Assembly (NCBI GenBank): GCA_964016885.1
Contig: OZ024747.1
Location: 51,522,001 to 51,586,000, forward strand
Length of the DNA stretch: 64,000 nucleotides
Direction of reading: 5' to 3'
Source of the DNA: Eledone cirrhosa
Taxonomy: Eukaryota
A program made the translations under genes and the position numbers. Under the pieces are notes generated by a model. The model worked only from the letters and a program-made list of their open reading frames with translations, made no database searches and was not told the DNA's origin. This document shows positions 1 through 14,431 of this stretch, one piece after another. The number at the start of each line of letters is the position of its first letter. Within the stretch, counting starts at the first letter, position 1.

Positions 1-154
1 GGAAATATATAGGGTGTCTATGATACAGTGGCTGTTCTATAGTATTAATCTGACATACCAGAACTATAAAATTGAGATAAGCGGAGCAAGTAAGATTCAA
101 ACAATTTTTTTAAATAAATTAAAAAATATAATTTAAATATTTACCTATTCCATT

Positions 155-236
155 TGCTTTTACCGACGGTTTCACCTCACAGAAGATTGGCAACCCTAGG
201 GATTTCCAATGGAAATGTAAAGATCTTCAGAAAGCA
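155..236 (-). ncRNA. Type I hammerhead ribozyme, canonical core (PLE terminus)
   Basis: Minus strand reads tgcttt-CTGAAGA-[stem II tctttaca...tgtgaggt with inner hairpin attgg/ccaat]-GAAA-ccgtcgg-TA^aaagca. Stem I tgcttt/aaagca is perfect and the cleavage triplet is GUA. Confidence 0.85.
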
Positions 237-423
237 TATTCCCTACCGAGGACAAAAGTCCCAGGAACGGCAAAATATATTGCCACCTGCCAGCTAACAC
301 AGGATCGAATGAGGCTGTAAATTTGACCTGTGCATGAGCCAACATTTAGTAGAAGCGGAAGTAAACATAGACATGTTGTCTATCATGCCACTAAAAATAG
401 CAGCTAAATAAAACAACGGATTT

Positions 424-521
<98 letters not shown>

Positions 522-545
522 TATAGATATGTGTGTTTGTGTTTA

Positions 546-621
<76 letters not shown>

Positions 622-749
622 AAAGTTCTATTTAAAATTGTTGGGATACAACAAGTAAATATTTTATAACTGATATAAAGCACTCGACAAGTTTTTGGAG
701 TAGATATACGATATTAAATAAATGGAAACTATATTTATAAAACCATATT

Positions 750-814
750 TATTTCATTATACATATTTCAGGGATACCAAATTAAAATATGGTATGCCTT
801 CATCAGACAAAATA
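750..814 (-). ncRNA. Minimal type I hammerhead ribozyme, family A (inverted arm)
   Basis: Reverse complement of 870-934. Confidence 0.85.
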
Positions 815-869
815 ATGGTTGCATCTAATAGGGTACGTCAAAATTATTTATAAAACTGTTTATATATTG

Positions 870-934
870 TATTTTGTCTGATGAAGGCATACCATATTTT
901 AATTTGGTATCCCTGAAATATGTATAATGAAATA
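870..934 (+). ncRNA. Minimal type I hammerhead ribozyme, family A
   Basis: tattttgt-CTGATGA-agg c atacca..tggtat c cct-GAAA-tatgta-TA^atgaaata, with an 8-bp stem I containing two G-U pairs. Confidence 0.85.
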
Positions 935-974
935 AATATGGTTTTATAAATATAGTTTCCATTTATTTAATATC

Positions 975-1013
<39 letters not shown>

Positions 1014-1492
1014 CGCGTGTAGGCCGCTCTATTGTTCGAAACACAAACACACACACGCAAAAACTGACACATAGGTTCACACACACGTACACAGTAACTT
1101 GCGGATGAGCGGTAACTGTCCATCACTACTTTGTATCTTAACTTTATTAGCCCCAAAGACATTGCTCGTACTAACTTGTATTAGATATTCTATTCCTTCG
1201 ATAGTTACCTACCAAAATTGAGATTGTTGACTTTTCTCTGTGTTTGATTATAGTAATCTTCCTGTCACACATTAGTATTAGATATTTAGTTATATTGTTC
1301 TGTGAAATGTCACGAAAGGTCTGCCCCTTGTTGTTGCGGAAGAATAGTACACTTTTAATAGATACGAAATTATGGTGACATCTAGTAGATAGCTGATGAG
1401 CAAGAACAGTGCAAGTGTCCGCATTTTCTAAGCTTTGTGTGTTCCTTATAAGTCTCCTAAGTGCGTATGTGTGTTCGAGAGGGGGTGGGGGG

Positions 1493-1698
1493 TATGCCGA
1501 ATTCAAGAAGGGGTGACCAAAGTAAGTAATGTACACAATACATAGCAGAATATAAATATTTAATATACAAATGGTTCTACAGGACTAGAACTATTTCATT
1601 CGAAGGAAATCATAAGGAAATCCCCGGATTTCCGATCTGCTGATGCTTTCATTCGAACGAAACAGTTCCAGTCCTGTAGAAGCCATTTCTATATTACA
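1493..1698. mobile_element. Decayed family C HHR fold-back insertion
   Basis: Homologous to 34087-34278 (tail gtaagtaa.gtac.caatacatagcag; ttctacaggact.gaact arms). Cores are mutated (CTTATGA on minus, CTGATGC on plus). Confidence 0.7.
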
Positions 1699-1730
1699 CA
1701 TATATATAAATATATATATATATATATGTA

Positions 1731-1783
<53 letters not shown>

Positions 1784-1898
1784 TATATATATATGTAATG
1801 TATATATATATATGCATTTATATGTATATATACACATGTATATGCACATACACATACATACATACACACATACATACATACACACATGCACACGCACA

Positions 1899-2017
<119 letters not shown>

Positions 2018-2152
2018 TTCAAATTAACAATAAATATGTATCTATCTCTACTGAACTTTTAACCTCCACAATATCATCATCTGCCTCGCCGGAAATTCAT
2101 CTGCAACTTATCTTTGAGTAAATTTCGGTTGCATATTTATATGTACACTTAC

Positions 2153-2227
<75 letters not shown>

Positions 2228-2260
2228 AAGAATTATCGATAGATAGATAAATGGTGTGAT

Positions 2261-2295
<35 letters not shown>

Positions 2296-3181
2296 CATAC
2301 GACAGTTCAAGAATCAAAATCAGATTGGCGCAATCGTGAATTTATGTATGTATGTATGTGTGTGTGTTTGTATGTATGTATATATATATATGTACGTATT
2401 TATATATGTATGTATGTGTGTTTTTATGTATATATATATATGTGTATGTACGTATGTATTTATGTACGTATATACTTATGTATATATGTATCTGCATAAA
2501 ATTTCTAATTTTATTTTTCAATTTTTTTCTTTTATAGACAAATATCCGGTCCAACTCAGAAACAAGGCTCCTTCGATGTAATTTAGAAAATAGCAACTAG
2601 GTTTTCATGTGTGTGTATACGTGTGTTAGTTTGCGTCTATGTGTGTCTATATAATATATATATATATATGCGTGTATGTCTGTGTGCGTATGTATGTATG
2701 CATTTCCTGAGTTTCGTTTCATTTCTTGATAGCATTCCTGTTCGTGTCTTCGAAAATGACAAGTTTTCTGTCGTTGACTCTAGGCTACTCGAACTATTTA
2801 TAAATGTGTGCCTGTGAGTTAATACGTTCGTATCTACCAAAAAATCGTGTCTAGATACAGTTACACTCATATAATAGGTTTACATATCGTTTTAGTACAC
2901 ATTGTTATATTAGTACCCTTTCTTGAAGAACATCATCATTGCCAAGCCTTTGTGGAATTATGTGTCCCTTCTGGTTTGGTTTTGGACAAACTATCATAAA
3001 TTGTTCCTGGACCGGACAACACATTGTTTTCTTGAATATAATACTTTTCTTGCGTTGATACTTCTGTCAGATGTTGCGTCCGACAGATAACCTTATTAAC
3101 TATGTTTCCTTGGTCCAATCTTATGAGCCACTCCTTTCGTTTATGTTGTTATACATCCCAATGCTCTAGGGATAATAGGAG

Positions 3182-3745
3182 CAAATGGAGGTCTTCTACA
3201 ATAGCCGTATTCTACTCATTTTATCATAGACGTCTTCTTTTCCTACGAATGTATTCGTCTCCGTTGGGCAACTGAATTCAACTAACGTTGATGAGTTTTA
3301 TTCCCTCTTTCATAGATCTATATTTCCTATGTCGTATCTGTAATAGAATCTGGATTTCTATTGTAATGGCTTACCTGTATTCCATACTTCCAAAGTTCTG
3401 GATATAATCTGGTTCCGGTGTGCATTTTTCTATGATCATCAGAACAATCCTACCATCAGGGAGCATTGATAATAGTTTTGACATCTATGTCAGGTCTCAT
3501 GGGATGGTAGCAAATTGCGGGAATGTTCACGTAGCAGTTGATGATGTGGGGCTGATATCATCCACACTCTGATGGTATAATCAACATTTTCTATGATAAC
3601 GTCCCTGCTTTAAGACATCCATACATATATACAAATATTCAAACAACGAGACATGAATTTCCTGTTACAGACAACTAGATCAAGCTAGATACATAAATGC
3701 ATAAATATATATATGAAATAAATAAATACATATATACATACATAT

Positions 3746-3802
<57 letters not shown>

Positions 3803-3885
3803 AATGGAAGTCTACTACAATAGCCGTATTCTACTCATTATTTTATCATAGACGTCTTCTTTTCATACGAATGTATTCGTATCCG
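3182..3885 (+). repeat. Pair of ~85-bp direct repeats (3182-3263 and 3801-3885)
   Basis: caaatgga.gtct.ctacaatagccgtattctactcatt...atcatagacgtcttcttttc.tacgaatgtattcgt.tccg occurs twice; the second copy is flanked by (TA)n. Confidence 0.8.
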
Positions 3886-3992
3886 TATATATAAATATGC
3901 ATATACATAGAAATGCACTTGTATATACATGCATACGTACTTGCAAAAATACATGGAAATATATATAGAGAGAGATATACCTACATACACGC

Positions 3993-4106
<114 letters not shown>

Positions 4107-4747
4107 ATATATATATATAGAGAGAGAGAGGGAGAGAGAGAGAGAGGGAGAGAAAGAAAGATGCTAAGACCACAATAATATACAGAAACTAAGTAGATAG
4201 GAAAGTAAGTAAGCAAGTAAGTAGTTTGGGTGATGGTTAGTAGCTAGCTAGGTGGTTGTTATTGTAGCTAGTATGATAATGGTGTAGCGGTGTGGTGTAG
4301 TGTAGTATGCTGCAGTGTAGTGTGCACTAGTGCTGTTGTGTGGTGCGCCGTGTAGGTCTATAGGTATCTAGATAAATTATTTATAGATATGAATATAGGA
4401 TTCAAAACAACTTAAAATAATTCTCTTGTAAAGACTCTTCTGAAATATGCAAGAATCAGGGATGAAATCAATAAAATTTCCCATCGAATTTAATCTTGTG
4501 ATGATAGCCAATTAGAAAAAAATTTCATTTCCCGACAGATATATATGACCTGCTTCCATGAATAATGAAAAAAATAATAATATTAAAATAGATAAAAATA
4601 TAAAATGAAATGGCATGGACCAATTTCCCTCCCACTTAGATACTTGGTCTTACTAATTCACTTTTCTATTTGTCTTTCTAACTCTCTCTCTCTCCCTCTC
4701 TCTCTCTTTCTCTATCTATCTATCTATCTATCTAGCTATCTAGCTAC

Positions 4748-4881
<134 letters not shown>

Positions 4882-4949
4882 GAAAATGTATATATATATA
4901 TATATATATGGGAAAATGTATATATATATATATATATATGGGAAAATCG

Positions 4950-5181
<232 letters not shown>

Positions 5182-5312
5182 GTATATATATATGTATATA
5201 TATGTATATATATGTATATATATGTATATCTATCTAACTATCTATCTGTCTTTTTATCTATTTATCTCTATCCCCCTTTCTCTGTATATATATATATGTG
5301 TGTGTGTGTGTA

Positions 5313-5344
<32 letters not shown>

Positions 5345-6874
5345 CACATATATATATATTGTAGAAAATATGTATGTACGTAAGTATGTGTGTTGTATAA
5401 GTGTTTGCATGTGTGTATGCGTGCATGTGTGCATGGGTGTGTAAACATGCATACAATTTAACTTGGCACATATACATACATACACATATAAATACACATC
5501 CATATATAGATACATATATACATATACGTATGTACTTATGGTTTTATATACATAAGGAGATATACGTATTTTGGCACATATGCATACTTATGTGTGCGAA
5601 GCTGCGTGTGTGAGCGTCTGTAAACAGCTTTTACAATATTGTGGAATATGCACCAGTATCTTTAGTAATTCATTGAAACATGCAACACGGAATAAACAAC
5701 AATGCTCCAGTTATCATAAAACACAGCTCCAAATGGCCAGGATATAATCTTTAGATGACTCATATAAATTAGAAAGTTATACAATAAACCTACGTGTCCT
5801 ATATACTCTCTCTTCGTCTGACCATACCTTTATACCAAGCATGACCATCGTCTATTTGTTATGTCTATCCCTCCCAACATTTTTGATCAGTTCTATTAAA
5901 ATTTCGGCGTGACTCCCGTATATAATATGATATATCTTACATATAAATGTTTGAAATGTTTCGAGGCTCAAAGCGAACACCTAAATGACCCATTTGTAAG
6001 CCGGGGCCCACATATTTGCCAACACACTGATCTATACTAACACTGCTTATTGCGAATGAAGGTTTCTATCTCTACGTGTCACTCAAACTGACAATCCTTC
6101 CAACCCTTCTACAGGTTCCAAAACGTATTTTGTCACGAAAACTTCATACGCTTTCCACAGACTTCCTGAAACACAACTTTTGGACAATCTTCAGAATCGT
6201 ATTAAAACATTATTGTACAGATACCATAAATGAAGAGTAGAAATCTCCAATAAATTGCAAGAATCATACTTAGTGACCTGCAGATTGCAATTTTATTGAT
6301 ATGATGATGTGCTTTTGAGTATACAATTTATTATATCTACAAGGGAGTATCTGAGACTAAACCTATGTGTATATAAATATACAATTCTTTAATATGTAGG
6401 CATATAAACATACCGGCCCAATGCGGAGAGGAGGGAGATCATACGATACAGCACCGCCTTGTTTGCCCTCTACTACCCAACCAGTGCAGCTTAAAAGATC
6501 TCGCAGAATTTAATAATAATGAAAAGGACTGTGTAAAGAAATGGGAAACTGTCATATAACCACATGCTTCGAAGATTCGAAAAGAAGAAGATACCAGAAA
6601 ATAAGGATTTCTCTATAAATTGAATAAAGTGAAAAAAAAAAATGAAAAATACGTTTAATTGATATGCGGTCCCAGTTGGGCCCTCACCAGAAGGCCTGTA
6701 TATCATCCAAACAACCACAAGGAAACATACATTTGATCAGCTTATATATCTAGACGCTCTCAGTAGAATTTTGAAGTGCACGTACACATTTGCAGGGATA
6801 TATAATTGCGTATAATTATAATATCTGTTTCCACCTGTATCTGCCTATACATTGAATACTTCCATGTCTCAGCA

Positions 6875-6952
<78 letters not shown>

Positions 6953-6958
6953 TCACTA

Positions 6959-6999
<41 letters not shown>

Positions 7000-7056
7000 G
7001 CATATAATTATAATTACACACACATACACAAATATATATTCATATATATATGCAGA

Positions 7057-7104
<48 letters not shown>

Positions 7105-7616
7105 CATTGACATGACCAAAACCAAAGTAAACAGTGAAGGTCAATCGGGGGGGGGGGGATAACGGCCTGGATTGAATATACACAAACACAGAGGGAGAGA
7201 TAGAGTAAGAAAGAAAGAAACAAACAAACAAGCAAATAGAGAGAGAAAGAGATTGAGAAGCAGAGAGAGGGAGAGAGAGATAACTAAATAGCTAGATAAA
7301 CACACTACAAAGATAGTAATACTGAACATTAACATGCAACAATGCAAAAGTTAGGTTTTTGAAAGAACAGTGTAAGATTGAAAGAAAAATATGATGATGG
7401 CACACGATTTATACCTGTCACATATTACTTGACATCTTAAAAACTGAAAACCATATCTTTTACATTACAAAAAGTTTGGCGTCTCATATTTTACAAATTA
7501 ACTATATACAATTATATATAGCATATATATATATGTTTAACTGTGCTTAACACTAAATATTTATAAACATTTCACTACCAAACCAACTTCTTACATAAAA
7601 GTTGATCAATATTTAT

Positions 7617-7760
7617 GGTACGTCAAAATTTTTTATAAAACTGTTTATATATTGTATTTTATCTGAAGAAGGCATGCCATATTTTTAATATGGTATCCCC
7701 GAAATATGTATAATGAAATAAATATGGTTTTATAAATATAGTTTCCATTTGTTTAATATC

Positions 7761-7832
<72 letters not shown>

Positions 7833-8016
7833 AAAGCGTATCAATGAGTCTTGGTACCCTTGAAATATATATAATAAAATAAATATGGTTTTATAAATAT
7901 AGTTTCCATTTATTTAATATCATTGAATATTTAATCCAGTAAAATGTTAAGTGCTCTAAATCAGTTATGATCATTTATATTTGTTGAACTTCCAGCAAAT
8001 TAAATACCACTTCTAC
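7617..8016 (+). mobile_element. Two family A-like HHR fragments separated by (TA)n
   Basis: About 7655-7720: tattttat-CTGAAGA-aggcatgcca..tggtatcccc-GAAA-tatgtaTA^atgaaata. About 7828-7881: (C)TGATGA-aag c gtatca..tggtac c ctt-GAAA-tatataTA^ataaaata, 5'-truncated. Confidence 0.75.
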
Positions 8017-8030
8017 TTATATATATATAT

Positions 8031-8645
8031 GTGTCAGGTCACCAGTTGGTGCTACTGGTAACATGTATCCCAGTACAACCTCTCTCATGGTCGGGTCATT
8101 GGCGACTAAACTGGCAACCCCACCAAGATTTCTTGGTGAGGAGGGTGACTTTGGACATCCTGCAGAACTAAAAACAAAACCTGTCAAAGTGAAAAGGAAC
8201 TCCTGGGAGCTCTTAAGAGCTCTTGGAGTCAATGGCCATCCAAAACCAGCACGGCCCGCCGAAAGGCGCTGCAGTGCCGGAAAAGTCAACTTCCTGCTAC
8301 TAGAATGCTGGTAAGCTAGTACAACGTATCTCCAGACGGATAGAGTGGGTCCGTAGCTTTGGTTAGCGACTACTCTAGTGCTTGCAACACGAACAATTTG
8401 GGCGAGGGTATAAATGCCAGGTTGGTATCTGGCGCCGGGTAACCCACCACACGGAGGAGAAAGCACCTTCTTCAAGACTTGGCTGTCAAATTCTTTCACA
8501 TGTGTGTAGTAGTGGCGCCCACACACATTATTAGCTATTTGAAAAGATGATGGATTTCGCAACTAACTGCACCGGGGTTCCTGAATTCTGGGGCATGAGA
8601 GTGAGATCTGTCATCTCGACAGTAGTTGACGAATGAATGAATGAA
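8031..8645 (+). mobile_element. GC-richer interspersed repeat, possibly an RTE 5'-UTR-derived non-autonomous retroelement
   Basis: Abrupt GC-rich island between (TA)n tracts ending in (GAAT)n, with motifs such as ggcgactaaactggcaacccc and aaaacaaaacctgtcaaa. No credible ORF. Confidence 0.4.
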
Positions 8646-8661
8646 ATATATATATATATAA

Positions 8662-8974
8662 AGTGAGGTTTTTTTACAAAAGGAACAAAAACTGAGGTGT
8701 CCTACACGAGTGAAAGTATAAGGAAAAAAGATGAAATCGAAAATGCAACTGGAGTCTATTTTTTTTTTTTTATATATTTATTTGGTTCCTTTACCGGTCT
8801 CGCAGTTCTTCTGCTTTTCAAAAGAAGAATTGAGATGGAGGGTAAAAACCACGAAACCTCCATTTCAATTCTACTTTTGAAAAGCACAAGAACTGCGAAA
8901 CCGGTAAAGGAACCAAATAAATATATTTTAAAAAAAGAAAGACCACTGTTGCATTTTCGATTTCATCTTTTTTC

Positions 8975-8979
<5 letters not shown>
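8662..8979. mobile_element. PLE-terminus fold-back insertion, family D
   Basis: About 8720-8842 and 8857-8978 form an imperfect inverted repeat, with an extra tail at 8662-8719 and (TA)n flanks. Confidence 0.8.
8869..8912 (+). ncRNA. Minimal hammerhead ribozyme with variant UUGAAAA (U3:A8) core, family D
   Basis: ttc(ta)ctt-TTGAAAA-gca caagaac tgc-GAAA-ccgg-TA^aaggaa. Palindromic stem III ACCGGU. The inverted arm also has TTGAAAA, with stem II gcag/ctgc. Confidence 0.7.
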
Positions 8980-9035
<56 letters not shown>

Positions 9036-9119
9036 GGGTATACGTATATACATAAATATATATATACATACACATATATGTATATACACACACACGCATA
9101 CGCATATACATATACATGA

Positions 9120-9151
<32 letters not shown>

Positions 9152-9819
9152 TCACACATATATGTGTGAGTGTGTTACATAAATAATATTTATATGTATA
9201 TATAAATACGTAAATAAATATATAGTCATATATATATATATGAGTGTTTGTGCGTGTGCGTGATTATGTGTGTGTGTGAGCGTGATTATGTGTGTGTGTG
9301 CGTGATTATGTGTGTGTGTGTGTGATTGTGTGTATGATTTTCTGTAAGAAGGGACTATCTATATGTAGCATGTTATATGAATAAGATATATGTAATCAAG
9401 TATGATTTTCTTTATTTCCTAATTAATTCTTTCTTTATCATTTCTAACAATGATGTTCACTAACCAATCCCATCTTAAACAATTCGTTTATTATAATCAC
9501 AGAAAATCTCTACAAAAATCGTTATCCTAATTTATTTGTTCAAGACTCTATTTTAATTAATATCAACCGGTTAATGTTATCTACTTGTTACTATGAATTA
9601 AACATTTTTCGTACCAAGTGATCACATTAAGCGGCTTTTAAAGTATACATCTTTGTGTTTATATATTTATTCTTGACTGTATACCTTAATTGAAGTCTAT
9701 GTATGTTTAGAGACGTAAACAATTATCCGTGTAAAAGACTATTCCGTGATAATGGTATTTAGAAACATGACAATGATTATATAGTATCCTAAATTCTAAT
9801 TCACACACATACACATACA

Positions 9820-9929
<110 letters not shown>

Positions 9930-10087
9930 CAGTGAAAGGGAGAGAGGGGAAGAGAGAGGGAGAGAGAGGGAGAGAGAGAGAGAGTGAGAGAGAGAGAGAT
10001 ATTATAGAAAAACATATCTTAACCAAACATACACTCCAATATATATATATATATAAATATATATATATAGATATATATTATTATTAT

Positions 10088-10129
<42 letters not shown>

Positions 10130-10138
10130 TATATATAA

Positions 10139-10180
<42 letters not shown>

Positions 10181-10475
10181 ACATCTATGTGTGTGTATGT
10201 GTGTGTGTATATAAGATTCGTGCATAAATTTTGTTATAAGTTTTCATTTATCTATTTATGCGTCTCGATATTCGGTATGACAGGTGTATTGATTTTTATG
10301 GAGGAAATCAATTCGCACGCGTCTATATTTGAAGGTTTAACATTCATACATTTAGACACGCATACAGATGATATAGAAGCCAAATATATATTAATGTATG
10401 TATATATTGATGTCTGTTTGTGTTTGTGTGTATGTACACATATATAATTATATGTATATGTATATATATATATAT

Positions 10476-11530
10476 ACACATAATTTTGTATAAATATATA
10501 TGTGTGTGTGTGTGTGTGTCGGTTTGTATATATATATATACACATAATTTTGTATAAATATATATATGTATGTGTGTGTGTATGTGTGTCTATTTGTATA
10601 TATATATATATACACATAATTTTGTATAAATATATATGTGTGTGTGTGTTTGTTTCTTTGTATATATATATATATATACATAATTTTGTATAAATATATA
10701 TATGTATGTGTGTGTATGTGTGTCTATTTGTATATATATATATATACACATAATTTTGTATAAATATATATGTGTGTGTGTGTTTGTTTCTTTGTATATA
10801 TATATGTATACACATAATTTTGTATAAATATATATATGTGTGTGTGTATGTGTGTCTATTTGTATATATATATATATACACATAATTTTGTATAAATATA
10901 TATATGTGTGTGTGTGTTTGTTTCTTTGTATATATATATATATACACATAATTTTGTATAAATATATATATATGTATGTGTGTGTGTGTGTGTGTGTATG
11001 GTTGTATATATATATATACACATAATTTTGTATAAATATATATATGTGTGTGTGTGTGTCTGTCTGTTTGTATATATATATATACACATAATTTTGTATA
11101 AATATATATATATGTATGTGTGTGTGTGTGTCTGTTTGTATATATATATATATACACATAATTTTGTATAAATATATATATGTGTGTGTGTGTTTGTTTC
11201 TTTGTATATATATATATATACACATAATTTTGTATAAATATATATATATGTATGTGTGTGTGTGTGTGTCTGTTTGTATATATATATATACACATAATTT
11301 TGTATAAATATATATATGTGTGTGTGTGTTTTTTTCTTTGTATATATATATATATACACATAATTTTGTATAAATATATATATATGTATGTGTGTGTGTG
11401 TGTGTCTGTTTGTATATATATATATATACACATAATTTTGTATAAATATATATATATGTATGTGTGTGTGTGTGTCTGTTTGTATATATATATATATACA
11501 CATAATTTTGTATAAATATATATATATACA
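10476..11530. repeat. Compound minisatellite, ~60-70 bp units
   Basis: About 16-17 copies of the anchor acacataattttgtataaata separated by (TA)n-(TG)n and variant linkers (tttgtttctttg / tctatttg / tctgtttg). Confidence 0.95.
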
Positions 11531-11535
11531 AACAG

Positions 11536-11582
<47 letters not shown>

Positions 11583-11941
11583 CATGTTTATGTATGTGTA
11601 TACATACGCAAACATTTATCTATATTCATATGATTGTATACGTATGTTAGTGCGAAGATATATACCATGCCAATCCTTGGCGGGTGTCTACACTCACATG
11701 TAAGTTCTAATCTATGTGTGTTTGTGCTATAATATCTATGTTCGTGTGTATAAGTCCGAGTATGGATGCGGCTGTGTATTCAGGAATGTTTGTGTGTGTG
11801 AGTGTCTGTGCAAACACACAGAGAAATCTCTGTGTGTTTGTCTATCTCTGCATGTTCTTGTTATTGAATTGAAGTATTTTTTCTTTGTTTTAAATGTTCG
11901 GTATATATGTATCTATACGTTTATGTAAAGTATGTCATATG

Positions 11942-11998
<57 letters not shown>

Positions 11999-12092
11999 AC
12001 ACACGCATATATAAGCAAACGTGGTTGTCTTATTGCGTATGTGTTAATTTACGTGTGTGTGCTGAGTGTGAATGCATGGCAGCAAGAATTGG

Positions 12093-12222
<130 letters not shown>

Positions 12223-12253
12223 CGTGTGTGCGTGTGTGTTTGTGTGTGTGTGT

Positions 12254-12463
12254 GTATTAGTAAGTGTCTATGCCTTTCTCTTCAAGTCTTGCTCCTGCGA
12301 TATCATGTATTATATATATATGTGTGTGTGTGTGTATGTGTGTGTATGTGTGTGTGTGTGCATGTGTGTGTGTGTGGGTGTGTGTGTGTGTGCGTGTGTG
12401 TGTGTGTATTAGTATGTGTCTATGCCTTTCTCTTCAATGTCTTGCTCCTGCGATATCATGTAT

Positions 12464-12494
<31 letters not shown>

Positions 12495-12500
12495 ATGTGT

Positions 12501-12577
<77 letters not shown>

Positions 12578-12660
12578 TGTGTGTGTGTGTGTATTAGTAT
12601 GTGTCTATGCCTTTCTCTTCAATCTTGCTCCTGCGATATCCTGTATTATATATATATATG
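12254..12660. repeat. Three-copy tandem repeat with (TG)n spacers
   Basis: gtattagta.gtgtctatgcctttctcttcaa..cttgctcctgcgatatc.tgtattat repeated at about 12254, 12406 and 12591. Confidence 0.9.
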
Positions 12661-12900
12661 TGTATGTGAGGACGTGCGCATGTGTCTGCTGGCGACCCGG
12701 TGTGTTTTTTGAAGTTCACGTTCTTAGTGTGTTGTTAGTCTGCATGTTTGTACAAATGTGTTAGTGCATGTCTCAGCACGGATGTACTCAATGTTTAAGT
12801 GTAGCTCGGTGCTTTGACGTCCTTCTGAGTGTGCGTTTATGTATTTTCTGAATAAATCCATATATCTGTTTGCATGTGTGTATGTATGTATGTATGTATG

Positions 12901-12931
<31 letters not shown>

Positions 12932-13036
12932 TGTAATGTATGTATGGATGTTCATTTATATATACTTATACTTCTATATGTATATATAATATATAATGAA
13001 TATGAATAATAGAGACTTACATGCATACACACACAC

Positions 13037-13103
<67 letters not shown>

Positions 13104-13585
13104 CTATAAATATATATATATACACAGATACGTGTGTGTGTATGTATGTAAGTCTCCATTCACGTTCAGACTTATATTCATTACACACACACATATATAT
13201 ATATGAACATTATATATTTATATATCGGTGAGGCTTATGTGCGTCAGTTTGTAAGTAAGTCTATTGGTCTTTCTGTTAGATTGGAAGATGCAATACATCT
13301 CGTTATTATTAGCTTTATAGCTGCCTTCTCACGTTGACTGTTTCAATTGTTGAAGAATACTTAGTGAAAAGGTCAGACTTAAAGTGAAACAAATGAATCA
13401 CATTTGAAACTCTGAGTTTTCACTGAAATAATTACATATATTGATTTCTTACTAGTTATTTTGGAGAAAATTTTCCGATACGAAATTCAGAACCTACTTT
13501 TGAGACCAGCGTATTTACATGCACGAAATTTAAATTACGTAGTTGTGATAGATCGCATTTCACACCCACACACATACACGCACGC

Positions 13586-13617
<32 letters not shown>

Positions 13618-13618
13618 A

Positions 13619-13673
<55 letters not shown>

Positions 13674-13992
13674 CACACACACACACACACACGCACACAC
13701 ACACGCGCACGCACGCACGAGCACACACACACACACACACACACACAAACGCACACACAAATACACACACACACGCACACACACTCACATATAGACACAC
13801 GCACTCCCTCACACACATGCACACACTCACACATACACACATTCCCTCACACGCATACGTATAAACACACGTATACATCTAATAAATTTCTTTGTGTAGT
13901 TCATGAATAATTTTATATTTAATCAGTAAGTTATTGCTTCTCAATGGTGCTGCTGTTGTTGTAACTGTTGTTGTCTTTATTAGGGCAGAAGA

Positions 13993-14431
13993 GGGCGGTG
14001 GATTGGCAGTATCGGTAGAGGGTCGGACGCCATGCTTTGTATCATGGAGTTACGGGCCTTTACGATCCGAGTTCAAATCCCGCCGAGGTTAACTTTGCCT
14101 TTCATCCTTACGGGGTCGAAAAAATAAAGTACCTGTCACGCACTGGTGTCGATTTAACCCCCTCCCCCCGCCCCAAATTGCTGGCCTTGCGCCTATATAA
14201 GAAACCATTATTAGGGCAGAAGATTGGCAGTATCGTTGGAGCGTCCGACATTATGTTATGTGGCATAGAGTTACGGACCTTTCCGTTCTGAGTTCAAACC
14301 CTGCCCAGGTTAGCTTTGCCATTCATTCTTACGTGGTCGGTGAAAAAAAGTACCAGTCACGCACTGGAGCAGATTTAATCGTCTTTCCCCTCCCCCAAAA
14401 TTGCTGGCCTTGTGCCTAAATCAGAAACCAT
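13993..14431 (+). mobile_element. Two tandem tRNA-derived SINEs (family 1, Nin/Deu-like central domain)
   Basis: A box tggcagtatcgg, B box gagttcaaatcc, central gcctttcatccttacggggtcga.aaaataaagtacc, 3' end gctggccttgtgcc...agaaacca. The first copy is flanked by the repeat ttattagggcagaaga. Confidence 0.85.

Larger units (their letters stand above)
619..976. mobile_element. PLE-terminus fold-back insertion, family A (two inverted HHR arms) in (TA)n
   Basis: About 706-814 is the reverse complement of about 870-978. Extra tail at 619-705; (TA)n on both sides; homologous to 31084-31557 and 7617-7762. Confidence 0.8.

Noticed and set aside
10476-11530. CRISPR-like repeat-spacer appearance
   Set aside because: The spacers are related microsatellite tracts, there are no cas genes, and the context is eukaryotic.
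13349-13415. TTGAAGA...GAAA-caaatg/catttg hammerhead-like motif
   Set aside because: No UH after stem III and no stem I.
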